From a virus (lineage: Duplodnaviria; Caudoviricetes), in the IMG/VR virus record IMGVR_UViG_3300045391_005020: a stretch of DNA of 64,000 nucleotides. One strand, 5' to 3'. Under the pieces are notes generated by a model. The model was not told where the DNA came from, made no database searches, and was given only the letters and a program-made list of their open reading frames with translations. This document shows positions 29,262 to 40,081 of this stretch, piece by piece; position 1 is the first letter of the stretch, and every line of letters begins with the position of its first letter. The translations under genes and the position numbers were made by a program.

Positions 29262-31325
29262 TTAGAACTGGCTGAGTTCGATCGAAGTCTCGCCGTAGTG
29301 ACCCTGTTGGGACTTCCCGCGCTTATCGACGGAGACGCGCTTCTTGCCGTCCGTGCCGCGGTTACCCGAGCGAGCCGGGGGCGTGAACCCTCCCGAACGC
29401 GCTGCGAATACCACGTTGGTGTTGCCGTCACCGTCGATCCCATTCGGGGCGTAAAGGGTCTCGCCCGAAAAGACCATGTCGGTGATCGTGCCGGTGCCGA
29501 TGAAGTCAGCGAGTCCGCCAACCTCGATCACACCGTTCACCAGATCGCCGTTCGTGAAGCTGAAGTCACCGTCGACGGTCAGCTTGTTGCCGGACATGCC
29601 AGGTGGGAATGGCGACTCGTTATAGTTGTCAGTGAACGTGGCGTCGACCGCGGTGACGTTCCCCAAAACGTGAAGCTCGGGCACGTAGTCGAAGAACATG
29701 CCGCCGTCCGTAACCGAGAACGACGTGAATTTCGGAACGAAGTTAACCGAGGGCTCCATCCCGGTCGGGTAGGAGCTGAAACCGTTGAAGTAGATGAAGA
29801 CGTCACCGCTGGTTTCAATCGGGGGCCAAACCATGTCGGGATCGCCGCCCTGGACCTCAAAGTACGAGCCTTCGTCGCCGACCGCGGCGATCTTTGCTCC
29901 GGTCGTCCAGGTGATCGTACCCTCGCCGTCATACCCGCCGCTGAGGCGCATGCCGACATCCCGCTGACCGTTATTGTTGAACGTGACGGTCTTGTTACCC
30001 ATCGCGAGCGTGGAACGCGCATTGACCGTGATGTCCTCACCCGCAGTGGTGAGATTGTCTCCAAGGGTCGCGGTGACATCGAAGAAGTTCTGGCCGCCGA
30101 TCTGTAGCCCAGGAACAGCCACGCCGTTCGTGGTGATAGTGCAGTTTCTGTAGATTGCGATATTGACGAAATCCATCGTCATCCCAGCACCGAGCGTGAT
30201 ATCGCCGTACGTGATAGGGCCATTGTAGCTGTTGATATCGAGCAGTCCGGTGAAGCCGGTACACGTCAATGATTTGAACTCTGGTTGTGGGCCGGTCGTG
30301 AAGATCACATCGCCTGGCGCCGATCCGTTGATGACCGCGTGAGTGAGGGCCGTGGGGACGCCGTTAGTCCAGTTTCCGGCTGTGTTCCAGTCGGTATCGA
30401 TCGAGCCAGTCCAGGTGGTCGTTTGAGCCGTGAATACGACGTTGGTGTTTCCACCACCATTGGTGCAGCTGTCAGAAGCGTCGAGGGCAGCGCCGCTGAA
30501 GGTCGCGTACGTGATGGTCGAGTCCGATGCGAACGCCTTGCCTGTGACGTTGAACGTGAAGGCGAAGCCGGTGCCGTCCAGCGTGCAGTTATCGGCAAAG
30601 AAGTTGCCGCCGACCGCAACGGTGTAGTCGAACGTAGCCGTGACGCTGGTCACGTTCGTCAGAGTCATGTTGGCCGAGACGGAGGTGCCTGACCCATCGA
30701 ACAGGAGCGAGCCGCCAGTCTGGGTGTAGGACGAGCAGATAAGGTTTTGCACCGTGACCGCGACGGCGCCCGTGACTACGACAGGAGGCAGAGCGTCAGC
30801 CAAGATGTTCGCCGAGTCACCGGAGAAGATGAACTTACCGCCTTGAATCCAAGTCACCGGCGCTGAGGCCGTGGAGATGACGCTGCCTGATTTGAATGTG
30901 ATGGTGCGCTCATACGTGCTGACCGAAGCGCTGCCGTACGAGTAGAGCTGACACAGCTCCGAGTTATCCATGATCGTCAGGCTACCCGCGTCGATTGCGA
31001 CGTAGTTCAGGCCCGAGGTCAGGGGGACGGCTGGGATCCCGTCGGTAGTCAGGGTTCCGCTCGCATGGTAGGTGAGGGCGTCGATGTAAATGCTCGCGCC
31101 GGCGTCGAGCGTAACGTTGCCGTACGCGTGCAGGTCAGACGCGGTGAAACTCGCCGTGTAGCCAGTGAAGTCGAGTGACAGGAAGCTAGCGGCACCCGTC
31201 GCATCACAGCTCGGTGACGAACCGTTGAACACAGCATCGACCGTCGACGTCGGAACACCGTTGTCCCAGTTCCCGGCGGTGAACCAATTGTTATCGATAG
31301 CGCCAGTGAACGTGGTCGTAGTCAT
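29262..31325 (-). CDS. Adhesin-like beta-solenoid protein with two tandem modules
   Basis: Both modules begin T.TG.ID..W.TAGNW.NGVP. Confidence 0.6.
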   Translation of the reverse strand: MTTTTFTGAIDNNWFTAGNWDNGVPTSTVDAVFNGSSPSCDATGAASFLSLDFTGYTASFTASDLHAYGNVTLDAGASIYIDALTYHASGTLTTDGIPAVPLTSGLNYVAIDAGSLTIMDNSELCQLYSYGSASVSTYERTITFKSGSVISTASAPVTWIQGGKFIFSGDSANILADALPPVVVTGAVAVTVQNLICSSYTQTGGSLLFDGSGTSVSANMTLTNVTSVTATFDYTVAVGGNFFADNCTLDGTGFAFTFNVTGKAFASDSTITYATFSGAALDASDSCTNGGGNTNVVFTAQTTTWTGSIDTDWNTAGNWTNGVPTALTHAVINGSAPGDVIFTTGPQPEFKSLTCTGFTGLLDINSYNGPITYGDITLGAGMTMDFVNIAIYRNCTITTNGVAVPGLQIGGQNFFDVTATLGDNLTTAGEDITVNARSTLAMGNKTVTFNNNGQRDVGMRLSGGYDGEGTITWTTGAKIAAVGDEGSYFEVQGGDPDMVWPPIETSGDVFIYFNGFSSYPTGMEPSVNFVPKFTSFSVTDGGMFFDYVPELHVLGNVTAVDATFTDNYNESPFPPGMSGNKLTVDGDFSFTNGDLVNGVIEVGGLADFIGTGTITDMVFSGETLYAPNGIDGDGNTNVVFAARSGGFTPPARSGNRGTDGKKRVSVDKRGKSQQGHYGETSIELSQF

Positions 31326-31427
31326 GATCTGGGTCCTTGCGGGAGGGAATGGGTCCCCTAATCATAACAATAGGCTTGGAAAATGTAAGAATCAGTGATC
31401 TAAGGGACTATGCCCCCAGCCCTGCGA

Positions 31428-32447
31428 TTACTCGACCGCGCCTGAATCCCAGTGGCCCTGTGGAGAGGTCCGATAGTCCCCGAGCGAGGTACGCCGATGA
31501 CCGTCGCCGTCGTCTCGGTTCCTGGACCTGGCCGGAGGAACGAAGTCACCGAGCAAGACATTCTGGTTTCCGGCGCCAGTGCAGTTGTCGGACGCGTCTA
31601 GCTGGGTTCCGGCGGTGAAGTCGCAGTTGTTGATGGCCGCGTCGTGAGCTACCGCGGTTCCGGTTACGTCGAAGATGCCGCCGTCCAGATCGGTGTTGTC
31701 GGCAACGAAGTTGCCCCCGACCGTACAGGTGTTTCCCGACAGGGTGACCAAGGTGACATCGGTCCACGACAGATTCCCGACCGTGGTTAGGTCAGCGACG
31801 TAGAATTCGAGAGTGCCGCCCGTTTGGGTCCAGGAGTCACAGGTGAGATCGACGCCAGGAATCCAGACGTACGAGTCTCCGACCTCAATCGGCGGAAGCG
31901 CCGCAGTTGAGCTGACTGCCGCCAGGGCTAGGCCGTCGCCAAACACGAATTTGGCACCGGTCGTGTAGGTGAGGAGTCCGCCGTTTGCGATCGAGATACC
32001 GCCGCTGGTAGTGGCCGCGAACGTGATGGTATGGTCTCCCATCGCGAGCGTGTTCGCGTTCTGGACGTTGATATCGGTCAGGGTCAGGTCGTCATTCAGA
32101 GTAACGGTGCCGACGCCATTTTCGTAAATCGCTAACCCGCGGATGGATTGTCCAGCCGACGTGATGGAGCCGGCGGTGTAGAAGATGACACCTGGCGAAT
32201 TGACCATCGTCATTCCGGACGAGAGGGTCAGGTTTCCGCGCATCGCGAAGCCGGTGCCACCCGGATCGAACGAGCCGGTGAAGCCGGTGAAGTCGATGTT
32301 TTTGCCGAGCGCCGTATCGCTCAGGGTGATGGGATTCGATCCCGTGACGATGACGTTATCGGTGTCCTGGTCGGGAACCCCGTTGGTCCAATTAGCAGCG
32401 GTCTGCCAGTCGGTATCGAACGCACCTGTCCAAGAAGTTGTAGTCAT
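31428..32447 (-). CDS. Adhesin-like beta-solenoid protein, single-module paralog of 29262-31325
   Basis: MTTTSWTGAFDTDWQTAANWTNGVP start, with shared LDASD.CT and PPARS C-terminal motifs. Confidence 0.6.
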   Translation of the reverse strand: MTTTSWTGAFDTDWQTAANWTNGVPDQDTDNVIVTGSNPITLSDTALGKNIDFTGFTGSFDPGGTGFAMRGNLTLSSGMTMVNSPGVIFYTAGSITSAGQSIRGLAIYENGVGTVTLNDDLTLTDINVQNANTLAMGDHTITFAATTSGGISIANGGLLTYTTGAKFVFGDGLALAAVSSTAALPPIEVGDSYVWIPGVDLTCDSWTQTGGTLEFYVADLTTVGNLSWTDVTLVTLSGNTCTVGGNFVADNTDLDGGIFDVTGTAVAHDAAINNCDFTAGTQLDASDNCTGAGNQNVLLGDFVPPARSRNRDDGDGHRRTSLGDYRTSPQGHWDSGAVE

Positions 32448-32535
32448 CTGCTGTCCCGTCGGTCGCAAACAAGCGCGACCCAACGTGGATTATAACAGGC
32501 AGATAAGACTACTGGACCGAAACAGATCTAAGGTC

Positions 32536-33225
32536 TTAGGCCAGAACCTTGAGGTCGGTCTGGATCAGCAGGATGGTATCGGTTGCCGCGATACCGACCT
32601 TTGAGGCCGCGGTCACGACTTCCAGATCCGGGGCCGCAGCGCTGTAACGGCCGGGTGTGGCGGTTAGCCAATAGGTGGCGCCGGGCGTTAGGGTTGCGGC
32701 GCCGGTCAGGAGAGTCCAGTCCGAGAGCTCGAGCTGCTGGCCCGGTTTCAAGACTACACCTTCTTCGGTCGCGAGCGTATCTTCGGCTATCAGGCCGATC
32801 ACTTGGTACTGGTCAGACGCCACGTCCGCGGCGGCATATTCGAGCCCGGACGCAGTGGTCCGAACCGCATGACCCTGCAAGAGAGCTGATGCGGCGGTCA
32901 CGCTCAGGGAACCGTCGCCGGCCGGAATCGTGGTGAGACCCGAATCGGTCTGGATCCGGAGGACGACGCCCGAGATCGTGTCTTCGAGCCACACGTCACC
33001 GGTCACCGGCGAAGCGGGCGCGCTGCTCAGGATGTTGAACCACAACCGGCCATCGCCTTTGATCTGGTGGACCGGGACGCCGGCGTTGCGCCATTCGTCC
33101 ATGACGGCCCCGTCATCGAGCGTGATCAGGGTCGTGGTGGTTTCGGCTACCCCGGAACTGCTGGCGAGTTCTGAGATGTTCTTGAGACCGTTGAGCGAGG
33201 TCCCGTGATTCCTACGGACAGTCAT
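32536..33225 (-). CDS. Putative virion structural protein
   Basis: Fibre-like P.TGDVW and LTPGATYWL motifs. Confidence 0.5.
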   Translation of the reverse strand: MTVRRNHGTSLNGLKNISELASSSGVAETTTTLITLDDGAVMDEWRNAGVPVHQIKGDGRLWFNILSSAPASPVTGDVWLEDTISGVVLRIQTDSGLTTIPAGDGSLSVTAASALLQGHAVRTTASGLEYAAADVASDQYQVIGLIAEDTLATEEGVVLKPGQQLELSDWTLLTGAATLTPGATYWLTATPGRYSAAAPDLEVVTAASKVGIAATDTILLIQTDLKVLA

Positions 33226-33234
33226 TCCCTAAGG

Positions 33235-34602
33235 TTACGGGGCGGAATCTGGCCCGCCAGCCGCGTCACGTCCGGTCCAGTATTGCTGGAGGGCCAGGGA
33301 TGAGCAGCGCTCCTGGAACTGGGCCCCGGTGTCGCCGTCTCCGGCAGCCACGCAATCCTCGACGAGGTCTGGGCAGCATTCCAGGATACGGCGCGCGATC
33401 TTGTAGCGGCCGTCGCGAGACAGAGCGCCGAGTTCGATCACGCGGTCGATGCGGCCCGGCCGGGAAGACATCGAGCCGTCCTGGGTCTTGGAGGCGAGGG
33501 CGGGATCGACGGTTTCGATATGGTTGGTGGTGATGATCGTGAAGATCCCTTCGGCGGATTCGACACCAGAGATCGCGTTCAGGAGGCAGTCGAAGGTGAG
33601 CCCGCCCCCGGATTCACCCAGGAGGTTTTCGCGGCCCTCGAAGACCGCGTCGATGTCTTCAATCAGTACCACCGCCGGCGACTGTGCGAGCGCCGTGGTC
33701 CAAGCGTTGATGAACTCTTTGTTGGACATCGAGGCGATGTCCATGATGTAAACCGGAAGATCCAGTTCCTGGGCGAGTGCTTTTACGCACGAGGTCTTGC
33801 CGGTGCCGGGCTTGCCGTGCAGGAGCCAGCCGCGGCGCCACGGAATCTGGCGATCCGCGTACCACTTCTTCGAATCGATCCAGCGGCGTGCTTCCTCGAT
33901 CGCGACTTCCATCGCGGGCGGAAGAGCCAGATAGCTGAACGGTTCCGAAACCGAGACCTGGGGCCCGAGCTCCTCGGGCTTCCACGTGAGGGGGCGGTTC
34001 TCCATCACGTCGTCGAGCCCCATGCTGGACGGAGAACGTAAGCGAGGACCGTCATCGTCGTCGCGGTCGCTGATCATCTTGCGGCCACCAGAGCCAACGC
34101 AGCGGCGGATTGCGAAACGCTTTCCGGCGCCTTCATAGTAGTGGTCGTTCAAGTGCGTGCCCTGCATGTACTGGTTCAACGCCTTGAAGGCGCGCTCGAG
34201 TAAGGCCTCGACTTGGAAGGTGCCGCGGATGAACGTCACGGTGGTCCGGAGATGGCCGTGATCCTTGTCGAGTGGTGCTGATACCACGATAGGGCGCCAG
34301 CCGTCCCAGAACAACGCGGCCTTCTCGGGAAACTGTTCGAACCCGACGGCTTGCTTGCGATCGAGCGGACGCACGTGCATGACGGTTCCGGTAAATTTCC
34401 GGAAGGCGCCGTGGGAACTCTGGAACTCATGCCAGCACAGACGGCCGATCGCCTGAGCGGCGTATCCGACGACTTCCACCCGGATGACCAGGAGACCGAG
34501 CGCGCGTTCGAGCATACCTTTGATGTGACCCCAGCACGCCATCACGACGCCGAGGGCGAGGCCTCCACCAAAAACTCCAGACATGCTGGCAAGATCAATC
34601 AT
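33235..34602 (-). CDS. BCS1-like AAA+ ATPase with N-terminal membrane anchor
   Basis: RRGWLLHGKPGTGKTS Walker A, IEDID Walker B, TFDCLLNAISG and RPGRID. Confidence 0.85.
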   Translation of the reverse strand: MIDLASMSGVFGGGLALGVVMACWGHIKGMLERALGLLVIRVEVVGYAAQAIGRLCWHEFQSSHGAFRKFTGTVMHVRPLDRKQAVGFEQFPEKAALFWDGWRPIVVSAPLDKDHGHLRTTVTFIRGTFQVEALLERAFKALNQYMQGTHLNDHYYEGAGKRFAIRRCVGSGGRKMISDRDDDDGPRLRSPSSMGLDDVMENRPLTWKPEELGPQVSVSEPFSYLALPPAMEVAIEEARRWIDSKKWYADRQIPWRRGWLLHGKPGTGKTSCVKALAQELDLPVYIMDIASMSNKEFINAWTTALAQSPAVVLIEDIDAVFEGRENLLGESGGGLTFDCLLNAISGVESAEGIFTIITTNHIETVDPALASKTQDGSMSSRPGRIDRVIELGALSRDGRYKIARRILECCPDLVEDCVAAGDGDTGAQFQERCSSLALQQYWTGRDAAGGPDSAP

Positions 34603-35009
34603 GTGCGCTCCGCCAAGAACGACTCGTAGTGTTCGATGGCTTTCTTGAGATCACGCGGGTCGAACCAGAGCGTTGGTCCGCGCAGGACGTGACCGTAATC
34701 CCGGACCCCGCAGTCGGTGGTGCCGATCAGGATCACGAGCCGGTTGAGATGGAATTCATCGGTCTCGGACTCCCAGGTGAGTTCGAAGTCGTCCTCGTTG
34801 CGGGTCACGTGCGGAACCACGAGTTCGATTCCGAGCTGCAGGCACGAGAGGGCGAATTGACGGAACCACATCTTGGCATCCTGGACCGCCTCGGGCGGAA
34901 CCGGTGCCGCATAGACTTCGAAGTCGTCGGCCAGGACGGCGGCTTCGCGCCGGATCGCCTGGTCCACATCCGCTATCTTTTGGGTCGTCTCGTCGAGGCC
35001 GTCTGGCAT
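34599..35009 (-). CDS. Hypothetical protein
   Basis: 136 aa, coupled to the AAA gene. Confidence 0.55.
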   Translation of the reverse strand: MPDGLDETTQKIADVDQAIRREAAVLADDFEVYAAPVPPEAVQDAKMWFRQFALSCLQLGIELVVPHVTRNEDDFELTWESETDEFHLNRLVILIGTTDCGVRDYGHVLRGPTLWFDPRDLKKAIEHYESFLAERT

Positions 35010-35224
35010 GATCGAGACAATATGATTGACTAGATGACAGTACAGTAAATTTTACCGCTGTTCCCAGGACTCCCGTTCGAGGCGCCGGCGTTCGGCTTCG
35101 GCGTGCCGGTACAGGGTCTCGAATTCGTTGGAACGATCCGCGAGCCACTTGTTAGTGGAGCGCAGCAGCAGGATCCAGGTGACCAAGGAGCCGATAACGA
35201 GCAGGAGCGCAAACAAGATCCAAA

Positions 35225-35464
35225 TCATCGTGCACTCAGCTCTTTCTCACCATCTTGGGTTAGGGCCCAGCCGGAGCCAACTTGGACGACCAGCTTGTAG
35301 GATTCGAGACGCTCGAGGGTCGTCTTGATCGAGTTTATGTAGCGCCAATTCTGGTTCGGACCCTCTTCGGTTTCGGGCCAGATGTACTCGACGATCTCCG
35401 GAACGGTCGTGAAGCGGTGAGAGAGTGCCTCCAGGATCGCGAGTTCGTTCTGAGTCAGGTTCAT
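35225..35464 (-). CDS. Winged-helix DNA-binding protein (putative)
   Basis: LTQNELAILEAL...TTLERLESYKLV..GWALTQDG wHTH pattern. Confidence 0.5.
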   Translation of the reverse strand: MNLTQNELAILEALSHRFTTVPEIVEYIWPETEEGPNQNWRYINSIKTTLERLESYKLVVQVGSGWALTQDGEKELSAR

Positions 35465-35795
35465 GGTTCGTCCTTGTTCTTGCCGGTCAGGAGCCACACG
35501 TGGCACACTTCGAGTCGGGCGGCCTGTTGAATCACGCCCATGATCGCGCTCTCGCGCTGCTCGGTTACGGTCGCCTTGGTGTAGCGGTGGAACCGGTCCA
35601 GGAAGATCGCGATCTCGTCGTCGACCGTCTGGCGGTTAATCTTGCCCTTCTCCCAGCGGTCAGCGAGCACCAGGTAGAGCCGGACGGCGACCATCAGGAG
35701 TCCGATCTGGAGCGGTGTGTCGAGATTCTTCGACACCACCAGCATGGCCTCGGCTTGCCGGCGCAGGATCGCCGGCGACAGATCGTCCGTCACGT

Positions 35796-36005
35796 TCATT
35801 CGCCAGCGAGATACTTGATGGACCGCTTGGTTACCTGCGCGGCCTTGCGGAGCAGTTTCATAGACGGATTGGAGCGCTGACCGGACTCGATCAGGCTCAG
35901 GTAGGATGTCGAGATTCCCAGCAGAGCGGCGAACTCGGTCTGGTTCTTCTTCATCCGTTGGCGTTGCGCTTGCCAGCGCTTACCGATGACGTTGTCGTCT
36001 GACAT
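35796..36005 (-). CDS. XRE-family HTH regulator
   Basis: NQTEFAALLGISTSYLSLIESGQRSNPS. Confidence 0.85.
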   Translation of the reverse strand: MSDDNVIGKRWQAQRQRMKKNQTEFAALLGISTSYLSLIESGQRSNPSMKLLRKAAQVTKRSIKYLAGE

Positions 36006-36006
36006 C

Positions 36007-39000
36007 TTATTTGGCGCTCCTGCGCGCTTTGGGTTTCGGCTTTCGCGCGGCAACCGGGATGAGCGGCAGCGAGAAGATTCCGAGTTCTTTGAGTCGGTCT
36101 TGAATCGAGGAGATGCGGCGCCGGTCGACGTCGTTCAGCTTGGCGCCTGCGGTCAGGTCACAGATCAGGAGCGCCATGTCGGCAGCCAGGATCGACAGAT
36201 TCGGCGCGGACTTGGGCGGTTCCGGGAGCGTGGCGACCAAGTGCTCGACCGGCGTCGGGGTCGCGGCATCCGGCGGGACCGGAACTTTGGCGCGGCGATC
36301 GTTGATCGGTTTCTGGTCTGGCTTTGTTTCGACCTTCGCCTTCGGGCGAACGACCAGCGAAGTCGCGGCGTTGAACTCGTGGTGGATCTGGGTGAGCCCG
36401 ATCTCGTGCCGCACGCCGTCGCCTGACCACTTGCCTGACTGGTGGTTGTACTTCGGGATCTTGGTGTGGAGCGCCTGCATCCCGTACTTGTCGACCGTGT
36501 AGGCAACCCAGCCCAGGTCGTGGTGCGACCAGTCCATTACGGGTTCCCTTTGAATGCGCGCGATAGCTGCACAGCCGAGAGGGCGATGACCAGGACCGCG
36601 GTAGCAGATCCGACCCCGAGGCTGATCCAGCCCGTTCGGGTCATGGCGCCGTCCGGTCCCGACAGGGCCAAGAACACCAGGAAGGACAGATTCATGAGCA
36701 CGACGGCCCAGGTGACAAAGCGAGCGAGATTCATCGACGGCCTTTCTGAGGCTTGAGCCAAGAAGCGATAAATTCAGTGGTGAGGAGCCAGATGAAGGTC
36801 ATGGCTGCCAACGCGGTGATGGAGGCCGCGATGGTCTGGACCCAGAGCGGTCCGCCGAACACGTAGATTCCCCACACGCTGCAGAGTCCGCCCTCGAGCA
36901 GATGTTTGAGGCGCAGCCGCCAGGTGCCGACACCGTCGTGGATCACATCGCACGCAACCCCGAGACCCCACGTGATGATCCACGTGACGTACAGGGCGGT
37001 CTGGGTCGGAGGCATTGAGTCCAACACGCTCGCGAGCGCGATCGAGGCGATCGAAATCGCCATCAGGATTGGACCAATCAGGTTCAGCTTCAGTTTCATG
37101 TCGGTTCTCCATTAAAAGTCGGGTGCTGGATCGAGGTCGCCATCAAAGCCAACAGCGGTTCGCCGCCGGCCGCACTGGCGATCTGGATCGAGGTAAGGCC
37201 CATGAAAGCCTTGAGGATGCGGTTGAATTCGAGAAGTCGGTTCGGGGCCCGGAACTCCACGTCGCTCAGCAGGATCGCGATCTCGGGCGGAGGCGCGAAC
37301 ATGCGCCCGTAGAAGTACATGGAGTTGTAAGCGCCGGTGGTGTCGAACGGCGGAAGCGTGTCGCGTTCGACGTCGATCATGATGTTTCCGGTCCCGATCC
37401 AGTGATCGAGGCGCACGACGGCGCGCTGACCTGCGAACTGATGTTCCAGGAACGCCTTGATCTCGTTAGCCGAGGCGGTCTCGATGACTGGGCAAAGAAG
37501 TTCACCGACGCCGGTGATCTGCGGGACGGACAGCATGCTTAGGCCTGGGCCGCTCCTTCGGCCGGCGCGGCTTCGGGGGCCGCGGCAGCAGGGGCTTCCT
37601 CAGTTTTCTTGCTCTTGGCGAGTTTGGCTTCCAGGTACGCGATCTTCTCGTCGTCGGTCATGCGGCGCAGCCCGATCTCGGCGAACTGCTCGTCCGACAT
37701 CTCGAGGATGTTCGAACCAGGGTTCATGAACACGAGATCGCACGAGCCGCCGAACATGCCTTTGATCTGCTTGTAGGCGGTCGCCTTGTTGGACACGCCC
37801 CACACGAAGACGATGCGCTTGTTGTTGTCGCCGACGAGCATGGAAAGTTTCATTCTGGATCCTGTGGTTGTGGACGAGTTGAGGGTACTGGGTCAGGAAG
37901 TTCGGTCGGAGTCACGATCGTGATCTCAGGCTGTTCCTCGATGATCTTCTGGGCGGTCGCGCCGATCTCTTCGACCTCGTGGTCTTCCAAGTCGGCCGAG
38001 TAATCCGCGATCTTCGAGGTGTCGACGACGCTGCCGTCGGCGAGCTGATAGAGACCGCTCCCAACCTTCTTCGCGAAGGCGATCCGGGGGTCGTACGGCT
38101 TGCGCTTCGCCGCGAGTTCGCAGCGCTTCTCGTACGTCAGCTCTTTGCCGTCGTCGCCGACCGGCGCCCGAACGGTCTGTTCGGAGTCGACCATGTGGGT
38201 ACCGCGCAACAGCAGGTTGTTCCGGTACGCAGAGAGCGACTGCTGGAGCTTGTGGCTCTTGATCTGCTGGATGTGTGCGATCGGGTCGATGCCCAACGGA
38301 TCGAAGCCGAGCGGATCTTTACTCATCGGTCTTCTCGGCTTCCTCGGTGAGCTTTTTGAATTCTTCGCTGTAGTACTCGCGGACGACCGCCTGGAGCCGG
38401 CGGTACGTGATGAGCGCCCGGATCGTCAGGTAGGTGATCCGCGCGAGCGTGTAACCGAACAACACGACGGTCCCGATCAGCAGGAGCGAGCTTCCGGTTT
38501 CGACCGAGGTAGCGATGACGCTCATTCGATGATCCTGGTATCGATGTCGTCTTGGCTGACCGGTTCGAGCATCGTCTCGGTCTCGATGTCGTTCTGGCAG
38601 ACCTTCCGGGGTCCGCAGGTCCGGTGGCAGCACTTCACTTTGCGGTTGATGCGCCGGATGTCGTACACGACGCCCGCGAACGCGATGACCAGGAGAGCAG
38701 CGAGGATGTAGTACAGCACGTTATTTCCTCCAGTCGTTCCAGAACAGCTTCACCACCGATCCGATGAAGATCAGGGCGGCTGAACCAACGAAGACCCAGT
38801 ACACGGTCACGATTACTTCCGGGTGTACCGACGGGTGACGCGCTTGGCCGGAACTTTGGCCGGGACCATGCGGCGATACGCCGCGCGGATCAGGTGGATG
38901 AGCACGCCGAACAGGGCGCCCAGGCACGCGCCCGTAGCGACGAAAAACAGGCCTTTAAGCAGGATCGGGGACATGTGGGTTTCCGTTGTTGGTTTGTACA

Positions 39001-39031
39001 ACCCACGATAGCCAGGTTTACTCGTAGTCAA
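36007..39031 (-). other. Cluster of short hypothetical and membrane ORFs
   Basis: Abutting minus-strand ORFs (36007, 36537, 36731, 37096, 37539, 37850, 38522, 38813), several hydrophobic. Confidence 0.55.
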
Positions 39032-39054
39032 GACAATGGACTTGACTCATATGT

Positions 39055-39092
39055 AAAAATAAGGAACCCCGGGCTTTTCGGCCCGGGGCTCA
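39055..39092 (-). terminator. Intrinsic terminator downstream of the tRNA operon
   Basis: ccccgggc-loop-gcccgggg hairpin followed by a T-rich tail on the minus strand. Confidence 0.7.
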
Positions 39093-39479
39093 CAATTACC
39101 AATCCAACAACAAGTTAAACCAATCCAACCTGGTCGAAATTACCTACGCAGGGAGAGCGGTCAAACGTCGTCCTCTGTTATATTTCCGCTTGCTTCTGTG
39201 CTTTCCAGGGCATCCAGCGGATCCCTGTGGGGTTTGAGCGCCGGCACAAGGGGACTTTCCTCGGCGGCTGCGTAGATCGCCTCGATCCAGGCCATCGCCC
39301 CGAGACCGTGGTGGATCCTGACCAAAACCCGTATCTTGCACCCCAGGCAGGTGCCTGCTCCATGACAGATACACGTCTTCATACCAAGTCGATTGTGACG
39401 ATCCGGGAACGAAAGTCACGCGCCAGCTTGAGACCCCGTTTCCCGGCTGGGAAACCCAACTGTGGAACAATTCTTTAAG

Positions 39480-39550
39480 TGGCACAGCCCCCAGGTATTG
39501 CACCTGGCCCGCCGGATTTGGAGTTCGGCGCCTCCCTTGGAGAAGGCCAT
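39480..39550 (-). tRNA. tRNA-Trp(CCA), atypical reduced D-arm
   Basis: CTCCAAA loop, T-arm CCAGG/CCTGG and encoded CCA. Weak acceptor stem. Confidence 0.55.
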
Positions 39551-39556
39551 ATGGAA

Positions 39557-39631
39557 TGGTCCGCGCACAGGGAATTGAACCCCGATTCCCTCCTTATCAG
39601 AGAGGTGTCCTGACCGTTGGACGATACGCGA
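39557..39631 (-). tRNA. tRNA-Ile(GAT)
   Basis: CCTCT-CTGATAA-GGAGG anticodon arm, TTCAATT T-loop, CCA. Confidence 0.85.
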
Positions 39632-39638
39632 GTGAAGA

Positions 39639-39713
39639 TGGTGCTCAGCCAGGGAATTGCACCCCAGTCCCACCCATACCAAGGGCGTGTACTGCTGACT
39701 GTACTAGCAGAGC
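39639..39713 (-). tRNA. tRNA-Thr(GGT)
   Basis: CGCCC-TTGGTAT-GGGTG anticodon arm, CCA. Confidence 0.8.
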
Positions 39714-39781
39714 GTGAAACAGCGTCGTAAAGCAAGCGCGTTGCTTCGTGACAATAGACTTGACCAGGACACGATGCGTGC

Positions 39782-40081
39782 GTGATCGATGAAGAATTTG
39801 TAATCGTCGACGGCTCTGTCGAGTCGCCCCTGTTGACCGCTGAGGAGGCTGCGGCCTATCTGCGCTGTCACCCCAAGACGCTTGGTAAGCGTGGGGTGCC
39901 ATATGTCGACCTGGGGCATCGATCACACTTCTACCGGAAAGAGGACCTCGATGCTTGGATCGCGCAGCGGCTCAAGAAGCCGCTCGCATCCGCGCCGGCG
40001 CGCGTGGATGTCCTGGCGCTCGAGCCCGTGCGCGAGTACCTGCCGAAGCGCCGGAAGCGCGCTACGAGTCGAGCTTCCTGA
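39782..40081 (+). CDS. Excisionase-like HTH protein
   Basis: LLTAEEAAAYLRCHPKTL...YRKEDLDAWI, convergent with the integrase. Confidence 0.75.
   Translation: MIDEEFVIVDGSVESPLLTAEEAAAYLRCHPKTLGKRGVPYVDLGHRSHFYRKEDLDAWIAQRLKKPLASAPARVDVLALEPVREYLPKRRKRATSRAS

Noticed and set aside
39390-39425. Hammerhead ribozyme (gtgacga...cgaaagtc)
   Set aside because: The CUGA core is missing and the three-stem junction cannot be built. It is a simple hairpin.
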